A stretch of DNA of 64,000 nucleotides, from positions 4,077 through 68,076 of the forward strand of contig DBXP01000004.1 in assembly GCA_002309575.1 (NCBI GenBank), given 5' to 3'. The translations under genes and the position numbers were made by a program. The DNA comes from a bacterium UBP6_UBA1209. Lineage in GTDB: Bacteria; UBP6; UBA1177. Positions 1 through 9,490 of this stretch are shown piece after piece; the first letter of the stretch is position 1; each line of letters starts with the position of its first letter. Under the pieces are notes generated by a model. The model had not been told where the DNA came from. It did not search any database and saw only the letters and a list, made by a program, of their open reading frames with translations.

Positions 1-221
1 ATGGCCTTCTTCTATTCTTCGCTCAGATGATGATGATTTCGTTTATTGTGAATTTTGCGAGGACGCATGGGGCGTATCTTTCAGTAGCGGAGGAGTGTTT
101 CATATCAACATGGAGTTATATAACTCAGTCCGCTGTGTCCGCAATGCTGATTAGCACATCACTTGCTGTTTCAGCAATTTTCCCTAAAATATCGCGTGTT
201 TTGAAAAGCGTTGGAGTTAAA

Positions 222-314
222 ATGAAGAAATTTTGTTTGATTTTCGTGCTTTGCACAGTGTTTTTCTCGGCTTTGTGCGATGATCCTTTGAAGTTATTTC
301 GGAGTAGGATTTGA
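222..314 (+). CDS. small hydrophobic ORF (30 aa), signal-peptide/TM-like; possible leader peptide or gene remnant
   Basis: ATG at 222 follows GGAG (213-216) by 5 nt. Peptide MKKFCLIFVLCTVFFSALCDDPLKLFRSRI. TGA 312-314 overlaps the TTG at 311 of the next ORF. Confidence 0.3.
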   Translation: MKKFCLIFVLCTVFFSALCDDPLKLFRSRI

Positions 315-1504
315 AGATTTATCCTTACGACATTCAGGACGGCGGTTATGCCGAGGCTGTGAAAAAAATCGGTGTCTCCGAGTGCGGTGCGGCGATAATG
401 AAGGACCGTTTTGCCATTTCGACCTTTCTTGTGACGGACATTTCGACTCCGGCGGCAAACGTCGTGAAGCAGCAGCTCCTTTCGCTTGGCGGCGAGGCGG
501 CTGTTCCGGCTCACGCGATCGACTGCAGCAAGCCTAAAAGCTCCTTCTTTTTTTCGCTTCGGCGCGATCTTTGCGGCGTTCTTGCAAAAAGGCTCAGGCT
601 TCAATACTGGAAGTTGCCTCAAGTTGCGGAATTTATTGAAAAATTCAACAGGCTTCGCGCCCCGTGGTTCTCTTTTTCGTTCGAGGGGATCGATACGACG
701 CGGCCGAATCTGATGGGTATAATCAACGTGACGCCCGATTCGTTTTCCGACGGCGGAAGCTATGCCTCAGTCGACGATGTTCTAAAGAGGGTAGCGTGGA
801 TGGCCGGAAACGGTGTCGATATCGTCGATGTCGGCGGTGAGTCGACCCGTCCGGGGGCAGCTTTTGTCGATGCAGAGACCGAGATAGGGCGGACTGTGCC
901 GGTGATCAGGGCGATCGCCGAAAACTTTCCGAAGCTTACGATCTCGATCGACACGAGAAAATCCGAGGTGGCTTCTCAGGCGGCAAAGGCGGGGGCGAAA
1001 ATCATCAACGATGTAAGCGGTCTGCGTTATGACCCGAAGATGCCCGATCTCTGCTGCGATCTCGACCTGCCGGTAATAATCGGTCATACTCCGGGCGATG
1101 CGGATGATCTCCACGGGAAGTGCGAATATCGCGACGTTGCGATGGAAGTCGCTGATTTTCTTAATGAATCCAAAGAGCTGCTTTTGTCGAAAGGATATGA
1201 CGAAAAGAAGATAATCGTTGATCCCGGCTTCGGTTTCGGCAAAAACACAGAGCACAACCTGGAGCTTCTGAACCATTTCGAGATGCTGTTCGCCTGCACG
1301 TCGCCGGTGGCGGTAGGCGTGAGCAGAAAACGTTTCATCGGTGCAGTCACCGGACGCGAAAATATTTCGGAAAGAGTTGCAGGAACGCTCGCTGTAAATA
1401 TGATTGCGCTTGAAAAGGGCGCAGCGGTGATCCGTGTCCACGATGTCGCCGAGGCGGCCGACTGTTTAAAAATTTTTAACGCTTTGAAGGAGCTGAAATG
1501 CTGA
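311..1504 (+). CDS. folP: dihydropteroate synthase (DHPS) with ~134-aa in-frame N-terminal extension of unknown function
   Basis: DHPS core from aa ~135: MGIINVTPDSFSDGG...VDIVDVGGESTRPGA...GFGFGK. TTG at 311 has GGAG (301-304) 6 nt upstream and 311-712 looks coding. An alternative core-only start is ATG 713, which has no SD. Confidence 0.6.
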   Translation: MKIYPYDIQDGGYAEAVKKIGVSECGAAIMKDRFAISTFLVTDISTPAANVVKQQLLSLGGEAAVPAHAIDCSKPKSSFFFSLRRDLCGVLAKRLRLQYWKLPQVAEFIEKFNRLRAPWFSFSFEGIDTTRPNLMGIINVTPDSFSDGGSYASVDDVLKRVAWMAGNGVDIVDVGGESTRPGAAFVDAETEIGRTVPVIRAIAENFPKLTISIDTRKSEVASQAAKAGAKIINDVSGLRYDPKMPDLCCDLDLPVIIGHTPGDADDLHGKCEYRDVAMEVADFLNESKELLLSKGYDEKKIIVDPGFGFGKNTEHNLELLNHFEMLFACTSPVAVGVSRKRFIGAVTGRENISERVAGTLAVNMIALEKGAAVIRVHDVAEAADCLKIFNALKELKC

Positions 1505-2307
1505 ACTTTCTGGATATTTCCGGCATCTCTTTTGACAGTTTGACCGCCCTTGATTTTTTGCGGGGAACGGTCGATTTTATAATCACGTTTCTCCTTTTTT
1601 ATCTCTTTTTCGTGGCGGTGAAGAGCATAAAAACGCAGAAGATCACTGCTGGTTTCGCATTCCTGGTGATCATTCTCTGGCTGTCGTACTACTTGAAGTT
1701 CAGGACCCTGGGCTTTATTTTCGGCTCGGAATTCCGCTATGCCCTTCTTGTGCTTCTGATCATCTTCCGCGAAGAGGTGCGGCGGATGTTTCTCACGATT
1801 TCGTCGATAAATCTCTTCAACAGTTTCGAGCAGGATGAAGATGTCAACGTTATCAAGGAGCTGGCTGACGCGCTCGATTACATGGCGTCGGTCCGCGAAG
1901 GCGCTCTGGTCGTGATCCTGCCGAAAAGCGGAAGGAGCAGGACAGCAGAGAACGATGCGAATATCGGAACGATCGCCGACGGAACGGTCGTCGACGGCCT
2001 GGTTACGGATCAGCTTCTCAGAACGATCTTCTTCAAGAACTCGCCTCTGCATGACGGCGCTGTAATAATTGAAAACAAGAGGATCACGAGGGCTTCGGTC
2101 TTCTTTTCTCTCAGCACGAACCCGAATATAGACCCGAACTTCGGTACGAGGCACCGTGCGGCTTACGGTATCAGCGAAAAGGTCCAGGATGCGATAGTTC
2201 TGGTCGTCAGCGAGGAGCGCGGCGAGATCTCGCTTCTTCAGGGCGGCAGGATCACCCGAGACTTGAACAAGGACGCTCTCAAAGAGCAGCTGAAGAACAG
2301 GATTTAG
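1498..2307 (+). CDS. cdaA: diadenylate cyclase CdaA (c-di-AMP synthase), N-terminal TM helices + DAC domain
   Basis: DAC motifs: GALVVI...PLHDGAVII...GTRHRAAYGISE...VVSEERGEISL. ATG overlaps folP stop (ATGCTGA). Confidence 0.9.
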   Translation: MLNFLDISGISFDSLTALDFLRGTVDFIITFLLFYLFFVAVKSIKTQKITAGFAFLVIILWLSYYLKFRTLGFIFGSEFRYALLVLLIIFREEVRRMFLTISSINLFNSFEQDEDVNVIKELADALDYMASVREGALVVILPKSGRSRTAENDANIGTIADGTVVDGLVTDQLLRTIFFKNSPLHDGAVIIENKRITRASVFFSLSTNPNIDPNFGTRHRAAYGISEKVQDAIVLVVSEERGEISLLQGGRITRDLNKDALKEQLKNRI

Positions 2308-2316
2308 GAGGTTGCC

Positions 2317-2862
2317 ATGAAGAGAAACCGCGACAGTCTGGTAAAGTTTTTTTTCACACACAACGCCCTCCAGAAGTTTATGGCGCTGCTCTGCACGCTT
2401 GTTGTCTTCCTGACAGCGCTTCACAATGAACTGAGCGAAAAGGCGGCTGCTGACGAGCGGGCGAAAAGAGAGATGGAGGCAGCGGCGCTGGCATCTCCTG
2501 CGGATGCGGTCGAAAAGGAGGTCGACGTCGCACTGGCGGTCGACGGGGCTCTCCCGGAAGGCTTCCGCATCACATCGTTCGAGACGCTTCCCGGCAGGGT
2601 GGTGATCGCCGGCTCGCCGGCAAGACTTGAGGAGATCGAGTCGATCAGCACAAAAGCGGTCGATCTCTCCGGTATAACGCAGAGCATGAAAATCAATGTC
2701 GAGCTGGAAGTGCCTGAATTTATCAGGGTCAAAGACAGTCTCAGCGTGGTCGTGGCGTCAATAAATATAGCCAAGGTAGAGTCTCTTGACGCGGAACTTC
2801 CGGAAAATCCGGAGGCTGAAGGGGATAAAGAAAAGACGAAGCCGGCGGAGCAGGGCAGATGA
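2317..2862 (+). CDS. cdaR: CdaR/YbbR-like regulator of CdaA (single YbbR domain, N-terminal TM)
   Basis: TM segment then YbbR-like region (VDLSGITQSMKINVELEVP). Lies immediately downstream of cdaA. Short (181 aa) versus multi-repeat CdaR. Confidence 0.65.
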   Translation: MKRNRDSLVKFFFTHNALQKFMALLCTLVVFLTALHNELSEKAAADERAKREMEAAALASPADAVEKEVDVALAVDGALPEGFRITSFETLPGRVVIAGSPARLEEIESISTKAVDLSGITQSMKINVELEVPEFIRVKDSLSVVVASINIAKVESLDAELPENPEAEGDKEKTKPAEQGR

Positions 2863-3389
2863 CAGGCGGAAGCGGCTGCGTCATTTGGTTTACCGGGCTT
2901 TCGGGGGCCGGCAAAAGCACGCTGGCAGAGGCTCTCGGCGGGTATATCCGTTCTCGTGGAGAGAAAGTCGAGCTGCTTGACGGGGACATTGTCCGGAAGG
3001 TCTTCCCGCAGACGGGTTTCTCGAAAAAGGAGCGCGACGAGCACATCCGGCGCATGGGTTACCTGGCTTCGATACTCGAGCGGAACGGTGTTTTCGTGAT
3101 AGCGTCGTTTATTTCGCCGTACCGTGAATCGCGGGATTTTGTCCGCGGTCTTTGCAAAAATTTTGTCGAGGTTTACGTCTCGACTTCGCTTGCTGAGTGC
3201 GAAAAACGCGATGTCAAGGGGCTTTACAGGCGTGCAAGGGCAGGTGAGATCAGCTCGTTTACCGGGATCGACGATCCTTACGAGGTCCCGCCGAGTCCTG
3301 AAATCACGATCGACACAGCCGGCGAGAGTGTTGAAGAATCATTGGAAAGTCTAGTCAACAAGTTGAAATCATTAAATATTTTGGAGTAA
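2859..3389 (+). CDS. cysC: adenylylsulfate (APS) kinase
   Basis: P-loop GLSGAGKST. Conserved LDGDIVR...GFSKKERDEHIRR...ISPYRESR...FTGIDDPYE. Start overlaps cdaR stop (ATGA). Confidence 0.9.
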   Translation: MTGGSGCVIWFTGLSGAGKSTLAEALGGYIRSRGEKVELLDGDIVRKVFPQTGFSKKERDEHIRRMGYLASILERNGVFVIASFISPYRESRDFVRGLCKNFVEVYVSTSLAECEKRDVKGLYRRARAGEISSFTGIDDPYEVPPSPEITIDTAGESVEESLESLVNKLKSLNILE

Positions 3390-3395
3390 ATTCAA

Positions 3396-4691
3396 ATGCT
3401 TTTCAAAAACATAGATATTCTTGACGAGAATTTTGAGATCCAAAAGGATGTTTTTGTCGGCGTTTCAGGCGACAGGATCAAATATATCGGCAAAACCAGG
3501 CCTTCGGAGGATTTCGGCGATGAATACGACGGCAGGAACAGGCTGCTGATGAGCGGATTCTACAACACTCACGCACACACGGCGATGACGCTTCTTCGCG
3601 GCTACGGCGAGAACATGACCCTGCAGGACTGGCTTTTCACGAGGATCTTCCCGTTCGAGGCTCATCTTACACCGGAATCCGTCTACTGGGGAACGCTTCT
3701 TTCGATGGCGGAATCGATGCGTTTCGGTATCGTTTCGAGTTCGGATATGTACTACTTCACGGATGAGATCGTCAGGGCGGTCGTTGAGTCCGGCGAAAAG
3801 ATCAATGTCACACGCGCTGTCGCTATTCCCGACAACGAGCCGTGGAAGTTCCCGGCGATCCGCGAGATGAAGGAAGCGTTCGAGCGTTACAACGGCTATG
3901 CGGACGGAGCTGTCAAGGTCGATATGTCGATCCATGCCGAATACACCTGCAGCGACGCGACGGTCCGGACTGTTACCGAATACACGAAATCGGTCAACGC
4001 GATCATGCACATCCATATTTCCGAGACGCGCTCGGAGCACGAGGGCTGCAAGGAGCGTCACGGCGGGCTCACGCCGGTGCAGTACTTCAACAAAATGGGA
4101 AGCTGGGATACTCCGTCGATCGCGGCGCACTGCATCTACATCGAGGGCGAGGATTACGATATCCTTAAGGAAAAGGGCGTAACGGTCGCTTCGAATCCGA
4201 ACTCGAACCTGAAGCTCAGCTCAGGTGTATGCAACGTTCCCGAGCTTTTAAGGCGCGGCATCAGAGTTGCGATCGGGACCGATTCCGTCGCTTCAAACAA
4301 CAGCCTCAACTTTTTCGAGGAGATGAAGGCCTTTGCGCTGACCGGCAAGATGATGTTCAGCGATCCGACTGTCGTAACGCCGAAGGAGACGCTTTATGCG
4401 GCGACACGGGCCGGGGCTCTGGCGCAGGGCAGGACCGACTGCGGTCTTCTGAAGGAGGGCTTCAAGGCGGACCTGATCGTTGTGGACACTCACAAGCCGA
4501 ATATGGTCCCCGTCCACGACATGCGCAACAACCTCGTATATTCGGCTGACGGCGGCGATATCCTGATGACGATGGTCGACGGCAAAGTTATTTACGAAAA
4601 CGGAGAATACAGGACGATCGATATTGACAAGGTGATTTTTGAGGCACAAAATTGTACCGATGAGATATTGAAAAAGCTTAAGCAGGTTTAA
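3396..4691 (+). CDS. amidohydrolase, MTA/SAH deaminase (MtaD)-like chlorohydrolase family
   Basis: Metal-binding signature YNTHAHTAMTLLRG...DWL and amidohydrolase fold length (431 aa). HIHISE and GTDS motifs present. Confidence 0.8.
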   Translation: MLFKNIDILDENFEIQKDVFVGVSGDRIKYIGKTRPSEDFGDEYDGRNRLLMSGFYNTHAHTAMTLLRGYGENMTLQDWLFTRIFPFEAHLTPESVYWGTLLSMAESMRFGIVSSSDMYYFTDEIVRAVVESGEKINVTRAVAIPDNEPWKFPAIREMKEAFERYNGYADGAVKVDMSIHAEYTCSDATVRTVTEYTKSVNAIMHIHISETRSEHEGCKERHGGLTPVQYFNKMGSWDTPSIAAHCIYIEGEDYDILKEKGVTVASNPNSNLKLSSGVCNVPELLRRGIRVAIGTDSVASNNSLNFFEEMKAFALTGKMMFSDPTVVTPKETLYAATRAGALAQGRTDCGLLKEGFKADLIVVDTHKPNMVPVHDMRNNLVYSADGGDILMTMVDGKVIYENGEYRTIDIDKVIFEAQNCTDEILKKLKQV

Positions 4692-4715
4692 AAACACTTT
4701 TTTCAGGAGGAAACA

Positions 4716-5957
4716 ATGGTAACCGTAAGACCTTTCAGAGCTATCAGACCGCGTGACGAAATCGCTTCCAAAGTCGCGGCTTATCCTTATGACGTTCTCA
4801 ATTCGGAAGAGGCAAGGGAACTTGCAAAAGACAACCCGGTCTCTTTCCTTCACATCAACAAACCCGAAATCGACCTTCCGAAAGGGACCGATCTCTATGA
4901 CGACAGCGTCTATGCAAAGGGAAAAGAGAATTTCCAGAAAATGATGAAGGAAGGCGTTCTCGTTCAGGACAAGGAACCGCACCTTTACATCTACCGCCAG
5001 GTTATGAACGGCCACGAGCAGTATGGTATCGTAGGCTGTGCAAGCGCTGACGACTACAACAACGACCTCATCAAAAAGCACGAGCTCACCCGTAAGAAAA
5101 AAGAGGACGACAGGACACGCCACGTAATCGAACTCAACATCAACGCAGGACCTGTTTTCCTTACCTACAGAGACAACAAACGCATTGATGAGCTTGTTGC
5201 AGAAGTCGTAAAAAATACTCCGGAAGTCGATTTCACGGCTGATGACGGCATCCGCCACACAGTTTGGGTGATCAAAGACAACAAGATCAACAACGAAATC
5301 ACGGGAACATTCTACAACGAAGTTCCGCTTCTTTACGTCGCTGACGGTCACCACAGAAGTGCAAGTGCTGCAAGAGCGAAGGCTGAAAGAATGAAAAACG
5401 ATCCGCACTGGAACCCGGAAAAGGAATACAACTTCTTCCTTGCTGTCTTCTTCCCGGCAACCCAGCTCAAGATCCTCGACTACAACAGAGTCCTTCTCAC
5501 GATGAACGGTCTCACCAAAGAAGAGTTCATGAAGAAAGTTCTCGAAAAGTTCGAAATCGTCCGCGAAGGCGAAGCAAGACCGAGATGCGCAAAGGAATTC
5601 GGCCTTTACATGGATAAAAAATGGATCACGATCAAAGCGAAAGACGGCACTTTCCCGGCTGACGATCCGATCGAAAGCCTTGACGTTGCTATTCTTCAGA
5701 ACAACCTTCTCGCTCCGATCCTTGGAATCGGCGACCCGAGAAGCGATGAGAAGATCGATTTTGTCGGCGGAATCAGAGGAACAGAAGAGCTCGAAAAGAG
5801 AGTCAACAGCGGCGAATGCACGATGGCTTTCAGCATGTTCCCGACCTCAATCGAACAGCTTATGAGCGTTGCTGACGCAGGCAGGATCATGCCGCCGAAA
5901 TCGACATGGTTCGAACCGAAGCTCAGAAGCGGACTTCTCGTTCACATCCTTGACTAA
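4716..5957 (+). CDS. DUF1015 domain-containing protein
   Basis: Characteristic N-terminus MVTVRPFRAIRP and length ~410 aa typical of DUF1015. Confidence 0.75.
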   Translation: MVTVRPFRAIRPRDEIASKVAAYPYDVLNSEEARELAKDNPVSFLHINKPEIDLPKGTDLYDDSVYAKGKENFQKMMKEGVLVQDKEPHLYIYRQVMNGHEQYGIVGCASADDYNNDLIKKHELTRKKKEDDRTRHVIELNINAGPVFLTYRDNKRIDELVAEVVKNTPEVDFTADDGIRHTVWVIKDNKINNEITGTFYNEVPLLYVADGHHRSASAARAKAERMKNDPHWNPEKEYNFFLAVFFPATQLKILDYNRVLLTMNGLTKEEFMKKVLEKFEIVREGEARPRCAKEFGLYMDKKWITIKAKDGTFPADDPIESLDVAILQNNLLAPILGIGDPRSDEKIDFVGGIRGTEELEKRVNSGECTMAFSMFPTSIEQLMSVADAGRIMPPKSTWFEPKLRSGLLVHILD

Positions 5958-6482
5958 ATGAAAAAATTTTTTCTCATACTTCTCTTGTCTGCCGCCTTTA
6001 TGCTTCTGTCTTGCGGCGGAAGCGAACCGGCGGCGGACGTCCCCGAGTGCGGTGAGGATCTGTCGTTCCCGTGCGCCGATCCGGCAAGCGGTCTTGTCTG
6101 GTCGGAAAAGGCACATCTCCAGAAAAACTGGGACGAAGCTTTGTTTTACTGCGAAAATCTTGAAGAAGGCGGCATAAAAGACTGGCGCCAGCCGAATATC
6201 GACGAGCTCAGGACTTTGATCCAGGAGTGCTACGGCACTGTCAGCGGCGGAGAATGCCGTGTGAGCGAAAACAGCAACTGCCTCTCCTATGATTTATGCT
6301 GGTCGACATTCTGTTACTGCGAATTCGATGATAGCGGAAAATACAACAAATTCGGGGACGCTGGCGGCTTCTGGTCCTCTTCCGCAGCAAGCTACGAAGG
6401 CGCCTGGTATGTCAATTTCCTTGAAGCAAAAGTGGTTGACGACGACAAGGGCAGTTCTTATATAGTCCGCTGCGTGAAGTGA
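5958..6482 (+). CDS. DUF1566 (Lcl C-terminal / Fib_succ_major-like) lipoprotein
   Basis: Lipoprotein signal MKKFFLILLLSAAFMLLSCGG. DUF1566 signature IKDWRQPNIDELRTLI and GGFWSSS...YIVRCVK. ATG directly abuts the TAA of the upstream gene. Confidence 0.8.
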   Translation: MKKFFLILLLSAAFMLLSCGGSEPAADVPECGEDLSFPCADPASGLVWSEKAHLQKNWDEALFYCENLEEGGIKDWRQPNIDELRTLIQECYGTVSGGECRVSENSNCLSYDLCWSTFCYCEFDDSGKYNKFGDAGGFWSSSAASYEGAWYVNFLEAKVVDDDKGSSYIVRCVK

Positions 6483-6508
6483 TCTAAGATCCGGGATCCG
6501 GAGTCTGT

Positions 6509-9490
6509 TTAATATTCCTTTTTCGTCAGTTTCTCGTACATTCTGAAAAGCTCGGCAACGATCTCAGCTTCGCTCATTTTCGGATCAAAACCGTAAGCCG
6601 CCATAACAGCCTTGTCGTTCTCTTTGTGGGCTTGAAGAAGTTCAGGAAACAAATATGCCTTGTCGCCGTATAGTTGAGCAAGAGAACAATCGGCATACTT
6701 TGCCCGTGCATCCAAAATACTTTGTGCTGTCGCTTCAATTTTTGTTTTTTGTTTTTCTGTCGGATTACACCAAGGGAAAGTGTTATAAACATTGTTTACA
6801 GTATAACTATAATCACTTTTGAGACGGCAACAGATAGCCCTCATCCAAGCGTTATGAACATTTGAAGTCAAGATTCCAAAATGATAAAGAGTTCCATTCG
6901 GTAATATTCTTACTTTATCGCTACAAATTACAGATTCATCAAGATAGCCGATTGGAATATAGACTCTGCGTTCTGATGAGACCTGCGGAATAACGATAAA
7001 TTTGCCATTCGGAAAATTTTTAACATGAAACTTTGTTGGTTTTTCGGCTAATTTTATGGTTTGCGCACTTTTGCTTGCAAGTCGATATTTGCGCACAGCC
7101 TCAACACGCTTTAAACATTCGGGCAACTTGAATAGTTCCGACGGCTTGCAGTCGCCAAGATAGAGGATATAACGAAATTTGTTGTTTATAAATTCCTCGG
7201 AACCGATATAGCAGTGAAAATATTTTTTTGCTTGAGGCTCTTTTTTCAGAAATTCGTCTTTTTCTTCCTGCGTAAAGATATAGTTTCCGCCGTCAATCGG
7301 CTTGTTTCCTATTCCAACCTCCGGTACATTGCAGAGCGGTTTTTTCACACTTTCAACAAAAATATTAGGCGCATCCAAAAGATAACCGTTTATATTTTCG
7401 ACTTCTTTGAAAGTTTTATCTGCATTGTAAATTCGTTTTGTTTTATATTCTGCTCCGTCAGAAAACCCCACAATCACACAGTGAACATGGGCTTTTTCGG
7501 TTGATTCTGAATCCCATTTAAAAGTACTCCATGCAAAATCAATATGAAAACCTTCATTGAAAAGCATTTTCCATAAAATAGCCGTTTGTTCACCCTGCGT
7601 TATTGAGTTTGTTGAAACAAATGCGCATTTTGTGTTAGTGCCTTTTATCAATTCTGACGCTCGCTTATACCACGCAGAAACATAATCAAGGTTTCCCCTT
7701 CCGCGAAGTCCATTAAAAACATATTCCATATCTAATTTTTGCTGGCTGCCAGCTTCCATCCAGCGCGCTCCCACAAACGGTGGGTTACCCATGATGTAGT
7801 CGTAATGGTTTTTAGTCTTTTTTTGTTGCGTCTTTCCGATATTTATTTCTTCAGTTATGAGGTTTATCGTTTCGTATTTTTCTTCGCGCTCATGCACCTC
7901 CGCTGGATAAATCAGATTGGTCCTTTTTGCCGTTATCGTAGGAATATTTTCTTCCTCTTGCAGATATCGCCAGTCCATTCTGAGCGCATTTCCTTCAACA
8001 ATCGTCGCGCTTGTCGAAAGCGGCAGGAAATCGAGGTCTTCGTCAACAATCTTCTCGGTTTCCTTCATCATTTGCGATTCGGCGATCCAAAGAGCTGTTT
8101 TAGCGACAGTTACCGCAAAATCATTGATTTCTATGCCGTAAAACTGCGAGATTTTCACTTTTATCGGGGATCCGCCGTGACCGACAAACGTCTGAGTCCC
8201 GTACTGTGTCTTGTAGATGTTTTTCAGGATTTCGTTTTCCAGCCGCCGGAGCGAAATATATGTTTCAGTCAGGAAATTGCCGCTTCCGCAGGCAGGGTCA
8301 AGGAACGTCAGTGATGCAATTTTATTGCGCAGCTGCTCTAGACGGGAACGTTGTTTTGATGATATTCCGTTCACTTCGATCTTGCTCAGTGACCGGTACA
8401 GGCGGTTGCCAAGCGTAGTCGAAATACCGCAGATCTCATAAAATTCTTTTATCAAACTATCCAGAAACAGCGGATCGATCACTTTATGGATATTCTCGAC
8501 ACTCGTGTAGTGCATCCCGCCTTTTCTGCGTGTCTCAGGATTCAAAGTCGATTCAAAAACAGCGCCGAAAATCGTGGGCGAAATTTCCGACCAATCGAAG
8601 GGAGCGCAGTGATTTACGATGATATTTAGAATTTCATCACTAAAATTGGGAACTTCTATGTCTTCAGCCGCGAAAAGTCCACCGTTCACGTAGGGAAATG
8701 CCTTTAATTTCAGGTCATATTTGTCGCGGTTTTCCGGTTTTGTGTCCAATGCCTTGAAAAGATTGATGATTCCAAGTCTTAGATCAGTCAGATTAAACGA
8801 TTTTATATAGTCTTCAAAGCTTGTCCGTGTCTCAAAAAGCCCGGCATCCTCGGCATAAAGGCAGAAAACGATGCGGACACACAAAATATTCAGGCTTCTA
8901 AAGCTGTTTTCATCGGGATTTATGTACTCCTTGATGAGCGCGTCATAAAGCTTTCCTACAAGTTCGCCCGCTTTCAATGATACCTGTTCTTCAGGTGAAA
9001 CAGAGGTCTTTTGGGTGTCTGTCAAAAACTGCAAGCAGTCGAATTTATTCGGTAAATCCTCAAGCAGGAGCTGAACCGGCTCGTCATGCGGCTTTTCCAT
9101 GTCGTAAATCAGGAACTCCTGAAAGTTGCAGACGACGATCCAGTTCGGACGCAGCGAATTTGGCATTTCATCGGCATAACGTTTTGCCTGCCGGTAGGGG
9201 GTGAGCATAGCTCCGTCAGATTGTTTCGCCTCTTTCCGAAGATCGACATCTGAGCTTTTCTGCTCGATCAGAACCTTGGTTTCAGGAATATATGCATCAA
9301 TAAAACTCGTGTGCCTGAGTTGGACCTTCTTCTCAAATTCAATGTGTTCCGCAGGATTTTCCATTCCGAGAATTTTTCCAAGAAGATCTATCCAGAAACG
9401 TGCGGTTTCCTGCCTCTCGTCACCTCTATTTTTCCAGAAATCTGCGAATTCCTTAGTCACTTTTTTGCGGTTTACCGATGCTTTTGCCAA
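6509..9490 (-). CDS. MmeI-family Type IIL (IIG) restriction-modification enzyme (single-chain endonuclease + N6-adenine methyltransferase + target recognition)
   Basis: MmeI-like N-terminal PD-(D/E)xK region: FWIDLLGKILGM...IDAYIPETKVLIEQKS...NWIVVCNFQEFLIYDM. MTase motif I DPACGSGNFL and motif IV MGNPPFVG. 993 aa. AT-rich relative to flanks. Confidence 0.85.
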   Translation of the reverse strand: MAKASVNRKKVTKEFADFWKNRGDERQETARFWIDLLGKILGMENPAEHIEFEKKVQLRHTSFIDAYIPETKVLIEQKSSDVDLRKEAKQSDGAMLTPYRQAKRYADEMPNSLRPNWIVVCNFQEFLIYDMEKPHDEPVQLLLEDLPNKFDCLQFLTDTQKTSVSPEEQVSLKAGELVGKLYDALIKEYINPDENSFRSLNILCVRIVFCLYAEDAGLFETRTSFEDYIKSFNLTDLRLGIINLFKALDTKPENRDKYDLKLKAFPYVNGGLFAAEDIEVPNFSDEILNIIVNHCAPFDWSEISPTIFGAVFESTLNPETRRKGGMHYTSVENIHKVIDPLFLDSLIKEFYEICGISTTLGNRLYRSLSKIEVNGISSKQRSRLEQLRNKIASLTFLDPACGSGNFLTETYISLRRLENEILKNIYKTQYGTQTFVGHGGSPIKVKISQFYGIEINDFAVTVAKTALWIAESQMMKETEKIVDEDLDFLPLSTSATIVEGNALRMDWRYLQEEENIPTITAKRTNLIYPAEVHEREEKYETINLITEEINIGKTQQKKTKNHYDYIMGNPPFVGARWMEAGSQQKLDMEYVFNGLRGRGNLDYVSAWYKRASELIKGTNTKCAFVSTNSITQGEQTAILWKMLFNEGFHIDFAWSTFKWDSESTEKAHVHCVIVGFSDGAEYKTKRIYNADKTFKEVENINGYLLDAPNIFVESVKKPLCNVPEVGIGNKPIDGGNYIFTQEEKDEFLKKEPQAKKYFHCYIGSEEFINNKFRYILYLGDCKPSELFKLPECLKRVEAVRKYRLASKSAQTIKLAEKPTKFHVKNFPNGKFIVIPQVSSERRVYIPIGYLDESVICSDKVRILPNGTLYHFGILTSNVHNAWMRAICCRLKSDYSYTVNNVYNTFPWCNPTEKQKTKIEATAQSILDARAKYADCSLAQLYGDKAYLFPELLQAHKENDKAVMAAYGFDPKMSEAEIVAELFRMYEKLTKKEY

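Noticed and set aside
27-314. 95-aa plus-strand ORF as listed
   Set aside because: Only the last 30 codons (from ATG 222, with an SD) look like a plausible small ORF. The upstream part lacks an SD and motifs. Positions 1-29 may instead be the 3-prime end of an upstream gene in another frame (TGA at 28-30).
1084-2424. 446-aa minus-strand ORF
   Set aside because: It is entirely antisense to folP and cdaA, both of which have strong family signatures. The sequence is low-complexity (R/S/D-rich) with no motifs, a typical shadow ORF.
4293-5408. 371-aa minus-strand ORF
   Set aside because: Antisense to the well-supported amidohydrolase and DUF1015 genes. It has a V/F/D-rich composition typical of antisense frames.
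6483-6508. GGATCC-containing near-palindrome (GATCCGGGATCCGGAG) between convergent genes
   Set aside because: It is an imperfect inverted repeat with a weak stem and no U-tract. At most it is a weak bidirectional terminator, not a distinct element.
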